In this document: in pieces, positions 39,201-51,496 of the stretch
Numbering within the stretch: the first letter of the stretch is position 1
Layout: the number at the start of each line of letters is the position of its first letter
Origin: Takakia lepidozioides
Lineage: Eukaryota > Plantae > Bryophyta
Assembly: GCA_030704615.1 (NCBI GenBank)
Contig: CM060733.1
Span: 25,234,001 to 25,298,000 of the forward strand
DNA length: 64,000 nt
Reading direction: 5' to 3'
Notes under the pieces: generated by a model
What the model was told of the DNA's origin: nothing
The model's database searches: none
The model's input: only the letters and a program-made list of their open reading frames with translations
Translations under genes and position numbers: made by a program

Positions 39201-42200
39201 GCCTCTTTGATGCTGGTTTCATGAACAGTCATTGTCAGACCAGAGCGCGCTGGATTTTTTAGTGCCTTTTTTCCTTGGCGTCGTGTTGAACTTGGGTTTT
39301 GGAGTACTGGGGATCTTGGTAGTAACAGTCCAGGTTACATGGCAAATTGTTGTAATCTACATTCCCCTCGGCTATGTCTACCTCAGGTACCAGGTGTGTA
39401 CATCTTTGTGGTTTTAGAGTATTGCGAGGACTTTGGTGATCGAAGAATTTTTTTCTTAGTTCACTCTGTTCTAAAAACTAGACCCTGTTTTGGTGCAAGA
39501 CAAACTACGGTTGGATGACATGGTTGAGTATTGTTTGATTGCACCTGTGAGAGCAACTCTTCAGCTGTGCACTATTAACGCAAAAACATCCTCCAGCAAA
39601 ATTTCTGTCACATTGAGTTGCAGGAATAGGGTCCTCTGGGAAGTATGGAAACTGACCAAGCTTGAGAAGTGAAATTGAGGTCACACTGGAGGAGTTAATA
39701 TAAGAGCAGAGACTTGAAAATTGGACTCCTCAGATACATCTTGGGGGCCACTGTACGATCAATTCCTTAGGCTTAAACACACACTTCTCAACCTCTTCCA
39801 TTCTGGTTTGCTGAGTTGTATTCATACGCCAACTCAAATTATCATGTTACCCAGGAAGGCTCAGTTTACGTGTGTAGATTTTTTCACATCTCTTTCTAAG
39901 TATATGTATTTTTGGCTTACAAAGGGAAACGGGTGTTTGCAGCATTATTTTATTTCATCATCAAGGGAGCTGACAAGGCTGGACTCAATAACCAAAGCCC
40001 CAATTATTGCCCACTTCTCTGAAACCATTGCAGGCATTATGACTATCCGTGCCTTTGAAAGGCAAGAACAATTTGCAGAGGTAGTCCAATTTCCACACCC
40101 TCGTTCAACATGGAACTTTGCGACCTCAGTTTCAAGCATCAGAAGGATATACTCAATCTGTGTCTTATAGTAAGGCATCATGTGAGGTTCCTGTGCATAA
40201 TGCATCTAGGATCTTGGTACATCGTATACAATTGTCCCCTACATGAATGCCATCTTTCTAGTAGTTTCCAACACTAATTGAAAATTTCTTCAGGTGAACG
40301 TCATCCGTGTAAATTCCAATGCCCGCATGACCTTCCACAACAACGGAGCCAATGAGTGGTTGGGGTTCCGCCTAGAGATGCTTGGTTCCATAGTACTCTG
40401 CACAATCGCACTTCTTCTGGTGACACTTCCGATGAATGTGATTCCGCCAGGTTAGCTTCACACAAATTTTGACACATTTCGTGTTTTTTCGCGTTTGATT
40501 GCTTATTTGCACCCATCAACAAATTCAGTTGTGGTTAAGGTGCCTGCAGAATGTCTGAAGGAAATTAGCTGATAATGTACAGGAATCTGCTAGGGTTTTC
40601 AGGATGCTATGTACAGCCTCGGGTCCCGTCAGACCAAAGGCTTTCTGGGTGCATTCAATCTCTTTGCTGTAAATCTTTCCTCAATCTTTTCTCCTCCTTC
40701 CCTACCACCTGATAATAAAGCATCATTTGCAGAGAAATTGTGGGAAACACACAGCTGCAATTGCTTGGTTTTGGCATGAATCTCCTTGAAGGATGGGACA
40801 TGCCTATCTATCTGAAAATTAACTGCTTCCTCACTGACTGTCTTTGCAGGGCTAGTGGGTCTCTCATTATCCTATGCGCTCGCATTAAATTCGAGCCTCT
40901 TTATTGCGGTCTATTTAGCCTGTCAAGTTGAGAATCAGATGGTGTCTGTGGAGCGCATTGGTCAGTATTCTAACATTTCAAGTGAAGCACCCACAGAGTT
41001 GAAGGGCAGCCTGCCTTCTCACAAGTGGCCTACGGATGGTTCTATTGAATTCCGCAACCTTAAGGTATGATCATTCTTCGCATTGAAACCATTATCCATA
41101 CATGTAAATGTGCCCAGTAAATGGCCTGCTTTCTGAGCTCTGCATTTGGATATTCCACAATTTGTAGGTCTATGCTTGGGATCCCTGCAACAGCAAGACA
41201 CGACGATATACATGGCTATAGCAGAGGGAAAAGGGAAAAAGCTGGAAGTCACGTGTCATTGATCTTGGCTGAAAAATCACTTATTTCCTGGGAGGGTAAG
41301 CAGGGTAAGACCATTAAGAAGAGAGAGGAGAGAAGATTTATTATTTCAGAAATTTGGCCGCAAGAATTGTGAGTGATCATGAGCAATAAACAAGCCTAAA
41401 TGGAGGTTGATTGTCTCTCATGCAGTTGCGTTATCGACCGAATACACCGCTAGTACTGAAAGGTATCACCTTGGCCATCCGGGGTGGAGAAAAGATTGGT
41501 GTGGTTGGACGAACGGGCAGTGGCAAGTCAACCTTGATTCAAGCTCTTTTCCGTTTGGTTGAAGCTGATGATGGTTGCATCCTCATTGATGGCGTTGACA
41601 TCTCCACACTCGGGCTCTTTGATTTGCGGTCAAGGCTCAGCATCATTCCTCAGGAACCAACCTTGTTTGATGGCACTGTGCGAAGTAATCTAGATCCATT
41701 GGGGGAGCATACTGATGCCCAGATCTGGCAGGTAAGTCTCGTCTGTTTGTAGATGTTAGTTCTCTGATTATCCCCTAACTTTTCATTCTGCACTGGTTAT
41801 CAGAGCCTGGAGAGATGCCAACTGGCAGATATAATATGGAAACAGGGTTGGATTATAAACTCCACTAACTTATTTATTCTGCATTTGTTATCAGAGCCTG
41901 GAGAGATGCCAACTGGCAGATATACTACGAGACAAGGAGGAGAAGCTTGAGACACCTGGTGAGTCTCACATTTCAAATTTTTTGCTGGTTGTGTGAGGAC
42001 ACCCACATTCAAGCAAGTCCTCTAGCCAGAAAATACTTGTGAATGTAGTTTGAATGTAGAGAATGATTCCGGGGCTGGTCGCGAATGCAGTGGAAGAGAA
42101 TGGTGAAAACTGGAGTGTGGGGCAGCGACAGCTATTTTGCCTGGGGCGTGCATTGCTGAAAAGACGTCAGATTCTAGTCCTGGATGAAGCTACTGCCTCT

Positions 42201-42880
42201 GTGGATGCACAAACTGATACTGTAATCCAGAAGACAATAGCTGACGAGTTCACTTCATGCACCATTATCACCATTGCCCACCGAATTCCCACAGTAATGG
42301 ACTGTGACAGGGTGCTGGTTCTGGAAGCAGGTCCGTCTTTTGTTGTGCATTTCTTGTTACCTGTACCGATGTGAATGCGCTGGGTTGAATGGATAAATTG
42401 AGAAACTCTGTGATGGCCATGGGTAAGTTCAAGACAACTAATGAGACAGACTAAAAACAGAAGATAAGAGAAGCCAGCGACAACAAAACTCTACTTCAAC
42501 ATTGAGAGATTCTTTAAAATGGAGAACTTTGGACATCTTTCCCACTTTCTCATGTAACAAGGGAGAAAGAGCAAGAGAATCCCAAAGAGATTGTGAATTG
42601 TGAATTGTAGATCTAGCTCAGACATTCGATGTTGCAGAAGGTTTTGCAGCCAGGGCTTTGTGAATCGTCCATTCTGCACGATCATTTGCCACTTTCAGCT
42701 CAATTCATTTGCGTTTTACTCTGCTAAGCCCTGTTTGTAATCCCTGCTATGTCATTGTTTTCACTTGTTGCAGGGCTGGTGAAGGAATTTGACAGTCCAT
42801 CCAGACTCTTGGACCATCCATCCTCCCTGTTTGCTTCACTTGTGCGCGAATACACGTCAAGGGCTGACGGTATTGAGTGA
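33233..42880 (+). CDS. ABCC: ABC transporter C family (MRP4/MRP10, ABCC4/14-like)
   Basis: Exons: 33233(start uncertain)-33895, 34454-35203, 35495-36106, 36669-36989, 37735-37821, 38224-38892, 39229-39393, 39943-40080, 40294-40450, 40850-41064, 41426-41731, 41895-41958, 42091-42330, 42774-42880. TMD0-TMD1-NBD1 ([16 protein letters not shown]) and TMD2-NBD2 ([21 protein letters not shown]). Confidence 0.95.
34068..34335 (+). mobile_element. Short LINE 3' remnant in ABCC intron 1
   Basis: [18 protein letters not shown]-like sequence, then gcatgaggcg..cccataagctcttggagctttcc..aagtatcattcatttc. Confidence 0.65.
37250..37635 (-). mobile_element. RTEX-like LINE 3' fragment in ABCC intron 4
   Basis: [36 protein letters not shown], then a 3' UTR ending gagctttccgcggacgttataaagtaccatttc. 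Confidence 0.8.
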
Positions 42881-43293
42881 CAGTTTCGTAGCGCACATAG
42901 CAAAGGAAAGCAACAAATGCTTTGCATGGAGGTGAAAAACCTTTGTGATTTACTAAGCCCCACTACACATTCGAGGAATGAGAAATGGAGGGATATTTTG
43001 ATTGAGAAATTTTACATGGTTATGACAGAATATTACCTACCACATTGTCAGCCAGTGCCAGTGCATTTAGCATGAGTGGTATTTTTGTGCAATGAGTGAA
43101 AGTTTTTAAGATAAATATTCCCAATTATAATCATGTGTCGAAATAGGATGATTCTAGTTATTTTATTCCATTCTATTGTCCCCTTTCAGTAAAATACGCC
43201 AAAGAAATTTGAAAATCAACACACATGCTGTGATAGGTCATACTGCGATTGCCAACGTAAACTATTCTATGAGATTGAAAAGCTGGAATATAC

Positions 43294-44124
43294 CAGTGTT
43301 GGGCGGTTACCCGCCTGGGCCCCGGGTAACCGCCGGTTCCGGTTATGTGGAACCGGACCGGAACCGCACCCGCCTGTGCAGAACCGGAACCGGAACGGAA
43401 CCGCTCATTGGGGATTGTGTGGGAACCGGAACCGGCGGTTCCAGCTACGACCACATGTGTGGGAACCGGCGGTTCCAGCTCCAAAGCGGATCCGGTTCTT
43501 GGTTCTTGACCCCTTGGTGGGGCTGGTGGGCCCAGGGAAAAACTTATTTAATGCTCTTAAGCTCCTGAGATCCTGGGTTCAATGCTTGAAGGCCATGAGA
43601 TTCTATGTTGAATGCTTCAGCGCCATGAGATCTTGGGTTCAATCTCCAGCTCCATGATATCCTGGCTAAGTTCATTAATAAAATGTTTGAAGATGCCAAT
43701 ACTTGCCAGGTAGCTGAATAGTACTTTCAACCCATAAAATTTTACCCATTTTCTTCTACCAGTTTATCTAGAGTATTTTTGTTTGTTTTTTTGTGTTAGT
43801 GAAAACTAACAAAATCGTTGGATTTTAGTTCAAATATGTGAATACACTGCTATTTAATCTACCGGACTGATAAAATATTTTAAATCTAATTAAATTAAAC
43901 AAAAATATTTTTAAAATAGAACCGGAACCTAACCGGAACCGATGGTTTTTATCAGCAACTAACCGGTAACCGGAACCGCCCCCATGTTTAAAAGTTGGAT
44001 CCGGAACCGGACCGGAACCGGCTCAATAAAAAAAAACCAGAACCGGATCCGGAACCGTCTCTTGAAATAATTTTGGAACCGGAACCGAAGGTTCCTTCAC
44101 AAATGCAAGAACCGCCCAACACTG
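43294..44124. mobile_element. Non-autonomous hAT MITE (831 bp)
   Basis: TIR CAGTGTTGGGCGGTT; 8-bp TSD GAATATAC (43286-43293 / 44125-44132); subterminal GGAACC arrays. Confidence 0.93.
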
Positions 44125-45133
44125 GAATATACTACCTGTCCAAGAGACTGAAATTGTATTTACCAGTGTTGGTCTGGTGTTAGGTTTCTCACCTTGGTCC
44201 TGGTACCAGCCCAATGTCTATATAATGTTGGATGTATGTTTTTCCACATACTGGTATGAATATGAGTATCATGATGACAATACCAGCTGGTATGGAATAT
44301 CAATTCTGGTCATTCAAAAGCCATTTAACTTACAAGTTTATTAAAGATCAAGTGAAAGCGAATATTATATTATATTTTATTTATTTTATTTTATTTTATT
44401 TTTTGCACTAGAAGCTTTATTTATGTTTATTTTTGGTGGGGAAAAAAGTAAAATCCCTGAAAGTACCATGAAGGCATACACACCGTAGACAGTGAAGGAC
44501 GAACCGACTTCCTATTGGAGAATTCCAAAAAATTAGGGCATTATGCCTAATGTAGTGAGTAGCTCACCCAAGGAGCTTCTAGCAAGCAGCAGTCTAAGAG
44601 CAGGTGTAGGTTTTGCCAGCAGAGGTAGAGTCCTAGCGAAGAAGTTGATGATGACTACTACTCTACTGCTATCGATCTGCTCTTGGAATATCAATGGAAC
44701 TTGAGTCTTGCAGCTGACTTGATGTGGCGCCAGTTAATGTCTCTGTCAAATTCGGGGGAGAGTGTGGATGGGTGTCCTGAGCCCCCCTCCAGGCGACTGG
44801 TGGGCTGGCAGCCCAGTTGCTATTATTTGGTGAAGTGGTAGTCAGATGTGCCCTTGCCTGCCCCAGGACGATCTGAAGCCTGCATGGCTGCTTGTTGAGG
44901 GTGTTTGTCCATTTCTGCACACAATTTCACCCATGCATTTCTAGCATCAATCTGCAAATCCCAGAATATGCGAGTTAATACTGCAGATAGTGACAGAGTT
45001 TCACCAGAGAGTGACCAGGAGCAACGTACTCTCCATAGTTGCCATAGTGTAGAAACCCGAAGGCTTTCAAAGACTGGGCAATCAATGGATTTCGATTCGG
45101 AAGAGGTGTCATAGTTTAAAAGTAATCTGAGTT

Positions 45134-46962
45134 GGAATTTGAAGCAAACGGATGGCATTTGGGGATATGTTCAAGCTTTCAATGTGCTGTTGCTCAAAGT
45201 CGCGGACATGGCAAAACCAGAAATGGTCTTCAACTTTGTGGCGGGACTGGCCCCATGGGCCAGGCGGAAGTTGGAGGAGAAGCCACCTAAGACTTTGAAC
45301 GAGGCAATTGAGAGGGCTGAATGTTTCTCGGATGTCCCTAGGGGCGAAAGACAAGGCCATACGGAGCTGAACCACAAGAAGATCCGTCGGGAGGGTGACT
45401 CCTTCTGACCAAAAAAGAAGTGGTATAGGCCACGCGGCGACAATGGCACATGGAAATCGAAGGGAGGGCCTTTACACCTCAAGACGGCACCCGGTGCTCC
45501 GAAAGAAAAATCAGGTGCAACGGCTTATGGTGGACAGAAGGCGACCTTCGATGGGGTGTGCTTTAATTGCGGGGAGCCTGGGCACATGGCTAAGAAGTGC
45601 GCGAAGCCCCGTCAATTGAGCATGACTTGGGCAACCACGGAGTTGTCCGAAGATTCCATCAGCCGCTTGGTGGAAGCGGTGGTCACCAAGACTTGCAAGG
45701 TAGGCAACTACTCTTGTGAGTTGTATCAGGAGACTGGCCCCTTCCGTAAATGGAGTCAGTTAATGTTTGTGAGTGGGATAATTTCCGGAACTAACATGTC
45801 GTTGTTGGTGGACACAGGAGCATCGCACTCCTTCATGACACCGACAATGGCACGGAAGCTGGGGCTCCCGACAAGTGATGTGGGGGCCTCTATTGAAGTG
45901 TGTTCTGCCAAAGGAGACGAGGTTGGCGTTCGATGTTCCTCTTCAGTTCGGGAGTTGGGAGGGACGTGAGAACTTTACCATTTGCGAGATGAGTGGATCT
46001 CATTTCGGGATGACATTTTTGAGCAAATCCGGAGCGGTCATAGATGGCCGCAAGAGATGAGTCACGCTACCATGTGGGGATGGTGGCGAAGTTTTACGAG
46101 TGTCGAAAACGCCCAACCGAGTGGGAGGGCAAATAAACTTGTTGACAGCAAGGGAGTGGGCCGTGGAGGAGCCACATGAACCCCAGTTTTTGCTTTATGT
46201 AAGATAAGTGGAAGGAGAAGTCGATAAGGAGCCGAGCCCAGATTGAATCAAGGGGATCTTGGAAAAATACCAGGATGTGATGCCGGAAGATTTACCAAGC
46301 GGCTTGCCACCGCGAAGAGGAGTTGACCACAAGATTGAGGTGATACCGGGGTTGGAGCCGCCTGCCAAGGCGCCCTACCGGTTGAGCCACAAAGAGTTGG
46401 TCGAGCTGAAGGCTCAGCTCAAGGATCAAATGTCAAAGGGGTACATCCGGCCGAATAAGTCACCTTACGAAGCCCCGGTGCTATTCGTAGACAAGAAGGA
46501 TGGGACGCTGCGAATGTGTGTCGATTATAGGGCTCTAAATAAGGTGACTATCAAAAACCGGTACGCTTTGCCAAAGATCGATGACCTCTTCAATCGGTTG
46601 GCAGGAGCGAAGTATTTCAGTCGGATCGTATAACGCTCCGGCTACCATCAAATCCGAATGGCAGAAGGAGATGAGGAGAAGACCTCGTGCATGATGTCAA
46701 GATATGGTTCATATGAGTTCTTGGTGATGTCTTTTGGGCTTACCAACGCACCCGTGACCTTTAGCACGTTAATGAACAGCCTTTTCCAGGAGTGGTTGGA
46801 TGACTTTGTGATCATGTACATCAACGACATCTTGCTGTACTCGAAAACAAAGAAAGAGCACCTGGAGATGGGAGTTCCAGAAATTGCGGGAAGGGAAGCT
46901 GTATGCCAAAGCTTCAAAGTACAAATTCGGGGTCACGAAAGTGGAGTTCCTAGGGCATGTGA
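45134..46962 (+). mobile_element. Gypsy internal fragment (gag C-terminus, PR, RT N-terminus)
   Basis: Homologous to 23168-21365; begins abruptly at ggaatttgaagc and ends at FLGHV, where an LTR starts. Confidence 0.9.
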
Positions 46963-47979
46963 TGTCGCGGCCTTTGCCTTAAGGGCAGGGGGTCGGGACA
47001 CGAGAGGGGCTGCCCCTGTGGTGGGGGCAGTGACAACAATAGATACGGGGGCTAAAGCACCCTTGAGTGCCCAAGGCACTCAAGGAGGCGGAGGCGCTCA
47101 CTAGGTGGAGCCCCGCACACCGGGTTGCGGTGGGGGTGGTTCCACGAGGGGTGGTGGTAGCTTAGTGGGTCTCACTAGGGGTGGCATAGGACTCACCATG
47201 GGGCAGAGACCCTGTGGTGGGAGTTGTGGGGAGTCTTGGGACTCATCACGGTCCAATGGGACCGTGGTGGGTGGGCCAAGACTCACCGCGACTCATCACC
47301 GGGAGTCGAGGGTTTTCCTGGTGGTTCACCATAAAAAGATGGTGTTGTTTGTGAAACCCCCGCGGCTGAAGGTTTTATCCTCATTTAAATCTCTGACATC
47401 CAAAAGTATATATAGGGAGTAGTAACCCTGAGAACGGTGCAAGCCCGTTGGTGACCAAAAACTAATGAGTAAGCATGAGAGTCGGAAAACAACCAAGGTG
47501 TGGGGAGTTGTTCCGAACTGCCATCAACTTTCCACTTGGCCCAAATTGAGAGAGGGTCTCGTGGAGGAGCAAAGGGGGACCGTTATGTCTCGGTGAGCAG
47601 CCGAAGCTCCGAGTTGGCCCGGCGGCCAGTTTGCACTACAGCAAATGGGGGGGATTTGCGACGCCAGCCGCGCCCCCACGCCCCGCACGGCGATGAGCCT
47701 GCGACGCCGAGCCTGCGGCATTTTTTTGCAACGCCCCGGCATCGCAATCCCTCGCTGCGACACCATTACGACGCCCAGCCGTCGTAAGGTGGCATGAAAG
47801 AGGAAAGAGGGCCCTCGCTGCGACGGATTTTTCTTGCGACGCCCTGGCATCGGAAATCCAATTTTTTTATAATATTTTATTTTATTTTTACGATGTGACA
47901 CTTCGGCATCGCAAAAGCGTCACTAAGAGCGCCCCAGCGCCTTTGCGACGCCAGGGCGTCGCAACAACATCACCATAGT

Positions 47980-48010
<31 letters not shown>

Positions 48011-49331
48011 GGGCTTTGCGGCTTTCAACTTCACAAAAGCGTCGTTGGAGGCGCCCCGCACTGGGACGCCCAACATTGCGACGCCAGGGGGTCACAACGG
48101 CGTCGCCACAGGGGGTCGCAATGGTGTTGTGGTCAGCTTAGGTCATCACAAGGACGTCGTTTGGGGCGCTTGGCGGTGGGGGGGTGCAACAACGACGACA
48201 ATGCTAGGGCTGGGGCTGGGCATTAAGGCTGTGGAGGTTGCAACTCCCCGGCGTCCCAAAAGAGACCCCCTTAGAAGGAACTTGAAGGCTCTTGAAGTAA
48301 ATCTTTATATGTGTATATATATATTTAGATTGTTTCTGTGATACATAGATGTAGCGTAGATGTGTTGGTTAGTTTGTAGTGTCTTAGAAATGTTATAACG
48401 TAGAGGTCTTAGGTTCAAGTATGCATTGCATGATATATGTAGAACAATGAACATATTGCCATTAGATAGAACCGGAGTCAATGGTCAACAAGTTTTTGAA
48501 ATTCAAATTTCAAATTCAAATTTTCCCGCCTAAATTCAAATGCACCCTCTTAAATTGTGACGTCTGGGCGTCGCACTTTGCGACCCCTGGACGGTGCTAA
48601 TTTTGCAATGCAGAGTAAGGTTTTTTTTTTTTTTTTTTTTTTTACGACGCCCAGGCGTCGTCAATCGCGGTTTCGCCTATTTGCGACCCCTATTGGTCGC
48701 AAATTTGCGACGTTTTTTTGGCGACGGACTTGCGACGCTCGGGCGTCGCAAATTTGGGTTTTCCCCCCTGCCCGAAAATGGCTGTTATACGACGCTGCGG
48801 CGTCGGAAACCCCCCCCTTTTCCTGTAGTGTTGGGAGTTAGGCGCGCGCATCAAAGCGAGTAACTATGACTTGAAGGGGAGCTTACCGAAGTGAGGTGCG
48901 CGACACTTGGTATCAGAGCTTAGAGTTCAGTACTTGATCGTCCTTGAGATCGGCCTCATCATGGGGTCGGGCAAGCCAAAACCAAAGCAGAATGGCCCGA
49001 AAGATGATGATCCTGGTGAGCCCGATGGGGGCGACATATCACCGAAGCGGCAATTTGAGGAGGCGATTCATGCTTTTGAAAGCGAGGCCACTCAAGGACG
49101 GGAGGAATCTGGGAAGTCGGAGCCTGAGAACCTCCCGGAGGCTCCGCCAGACCAACATATGTCTCCCATGCTAGCAGCCTTTTGGGAAGGGTTGTTGGCG
49201 CAGTTTGGCGGGACGTTGAAAGACGTGTTGAAGGCGGCTAATGCCACTTCCACTAAGGCAAAGTTTAAGGTGAAGCCTAAGGAACCCGGCACCTTCGAAG
49301 GCGTCCGAAATCGGAAGGCACTCAACACCTG
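46963..49331 (+). mobile_element. Gypsy 5' LTR (split by CACTA) + PBS + gag N-terminus, truncated
   Basis: LTR 46963-47633 and 48834-48905; PBS at 48908; gag to RKALNT. Confidence 0.9.
47634..48830. mobile_element. Non-autonomous CACTA (En/Spm) element, 1197 bp
   Basis: CACTACAG..CTGTAGTG ends; 3-bp TSD TTG; many GCGACGCC subterminal repeats; removing it restores the LTR sequence gccagtttgggag. Confidence 0.95.
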
Positions 49332-51496
49332 TGTCGCGCACCTCACTTCGGTAAGCTCCCCTTCAAGTCATAGGTTCTCGCTTTGATTCGCGCGCCTAAC
49401 TCCCAAACTGGCCGTCGGGCCAACTCGGAGCCTCGGCTGTTCACTGGGATATAATGGTCCCCCTTTACTTCTCCACGAGACCCTCTCTCAATTTGGGCCA
49501 AGTGGAAATTCCCTTTGGTTGATGGCAGTCCGGAACAGCTCCCCACACCTTGGTCGCTTTCCTGCTCGCACACTTACTCACTAGTTTTTGGTCACCAACG
49601 GGCTTGCACCATTCTAGGGGTTACTACTCCCTATATATACTTCTGTGACTGTCCGCGGGGGTTTCACAAACAACCCTACCATTTTATGGCAAACCACCAC
49701 GAAAACCCTCAACTCCAGATGATGACTCGCAGTGAGTCTTGGCCCACCCACCACGGTCCCATTGGACCGTAATGAGTCCCAAGACTCCCCACGACTCCCA
49801 CCACAAGGTCTCCGCCCCCATGGTGAGTCCTATGCCACCCCCATTAAGTCCCACTAAGCTACCACTACCCCTCGTGGAACCACCCCCACCGCAACCTGGT
49901 GTGCGGGGCTCCACCTAGTGAGCGCCTCCGCCTCCTTGAGTGCCTTAGGCACTCAAGGGTGCTTCAGCCCCCGCATCTATTGTTGCCACTGCCCCCACCA
50001 CAGGGGCAGCCCCTCTTGTGTCCCGGCCCCTCTTGCCCTCAAGCCGAATGGTCGCGACACACACCCCTACCAACAGGGAATCGATGACCTCATCGACTTG
50101 TCCGTTTTGTAGAAACGAACATCCAATTGTGGCGTCCCACATCAAGGAGTTTGTTTCCGTACCATAGCGTTCCATGGCAAAGAACCAAACCCCCACTTGA
50201 CTCTACTCTCCATTAGCTAGTTCGGCCGACTTCCTCCAAGTCTCGGCCAAGGGTTGAGCCTCTTAAGCTCCTCCTAGTGCACTCTTCTTGGCCCACTTCA
50301 AGGCCAAGGTACGATCCTCCCCGAGGATCGAATCGCCTTATTGCAACAACGTTGCTTGCAACCGCTCATGATGCCGCTTTTGGCATCACCTTGAGCAAGG
50401 GTTCACCTTGAACCCTTTTTTACTAGGAAGATAACCTTGAACCAACCGTGCGCCCCAATCACTACAATTGGGTCCACCTTGGAATGCTGGCCTGAGGTAC
50501 GGGAACACGCCGAAGCCGCACTACGACTTCGTCCCGAGGCTACACGATTATAGTACGTGAACGGAAGCACGTAGCTTCCGCGTTAGCCCGCACTACTAGG
50601 CAACCGCCTTGGTAACGTAGTTATAGTACGCGCACGTTCCAAGTGCGCACTAGCACGTGAACTCCCAAGAAAGGCGCAAGTTTCATTGCCCCTTGGATAG
50701 GAGTCACCCAATTTCGGCACTTCGCAAACACACGATTAACCCAATTTATCTCTCCCACTTTTGTAAGCTAGCATGCATTCTACACACTAGACAACCATAT
50801 CATGCATCACCATTCCAAACAAAATAGGACGCACAACATTTGGAAACCATTTCATTTATAACAAAATTTGTACAATACAAGTTTTTGCAAGCGGATTCCT
50901 GAGCTAGTTAAGCCGGGCTAAGCATGCATTTCCTCCCCAACGCTCCAAAGTTGATGTCCCCATCAACGTTTCTTCCGCTTTTGAGGTCGCATTTCAAAAG
51001 TTGCAACCGCCTCGGATGCATTTCTCATTTCTGAGGCACGCACCCAAGATGCCTTCACATGATGATAGCCCTTCCATTTCACGAGATATTCCGTTTTCTC
51101 GATTCTTGAACCTCCTTGACTTCAGCATTGCCTCCACCTCATACTCAGGTTTATTTTCATGATCCAACAGCATAGGTGGCGGACGCAACACTTGATGCCG
51201 ATTCGGACGCACTTCATCTTTGAAGTAAGGCTTCAAAAGAGAGACGTGGAATACCGGATGCACCTTGCTGTTTTCCGGTAGCTCCAATTCATACACATCC
51301 TCATTCATAACCTTCCGGATGCGAAAGGGTCCCGCATACGGAGGTACGAACTTCGGACTCACTTCCAGAGGTAGTCGGAAATTCTTGATGTTCAACCAGA
51401 CCTCCGTGCCTGCCTCAAACTTAATTTCCTTCCGCTTTCGATTCGCCTGCCGTTCATACCGTTTCCTAGCTTTGGCAATGTTGTACTTTGCGAGCT
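49332..51496 (-). mobile_element. Gypsy 3' portion: integrase C-terminus + chromodomain, 3' UTR, 3' LTR (49332-~50059)
   Basis: YAGPF..HPVFHVSLLKPY (GPY/F motif) and EYEVEAML..(Y)LVKWKGY..ASW chromodomain (frameshifted). Confidence 0.9.

Noticed and set aside
43173-43657. G/T/R/N-rich ORFs
   Set aside because: Products of GGAACC subterminal repeats of the hAT MITE.
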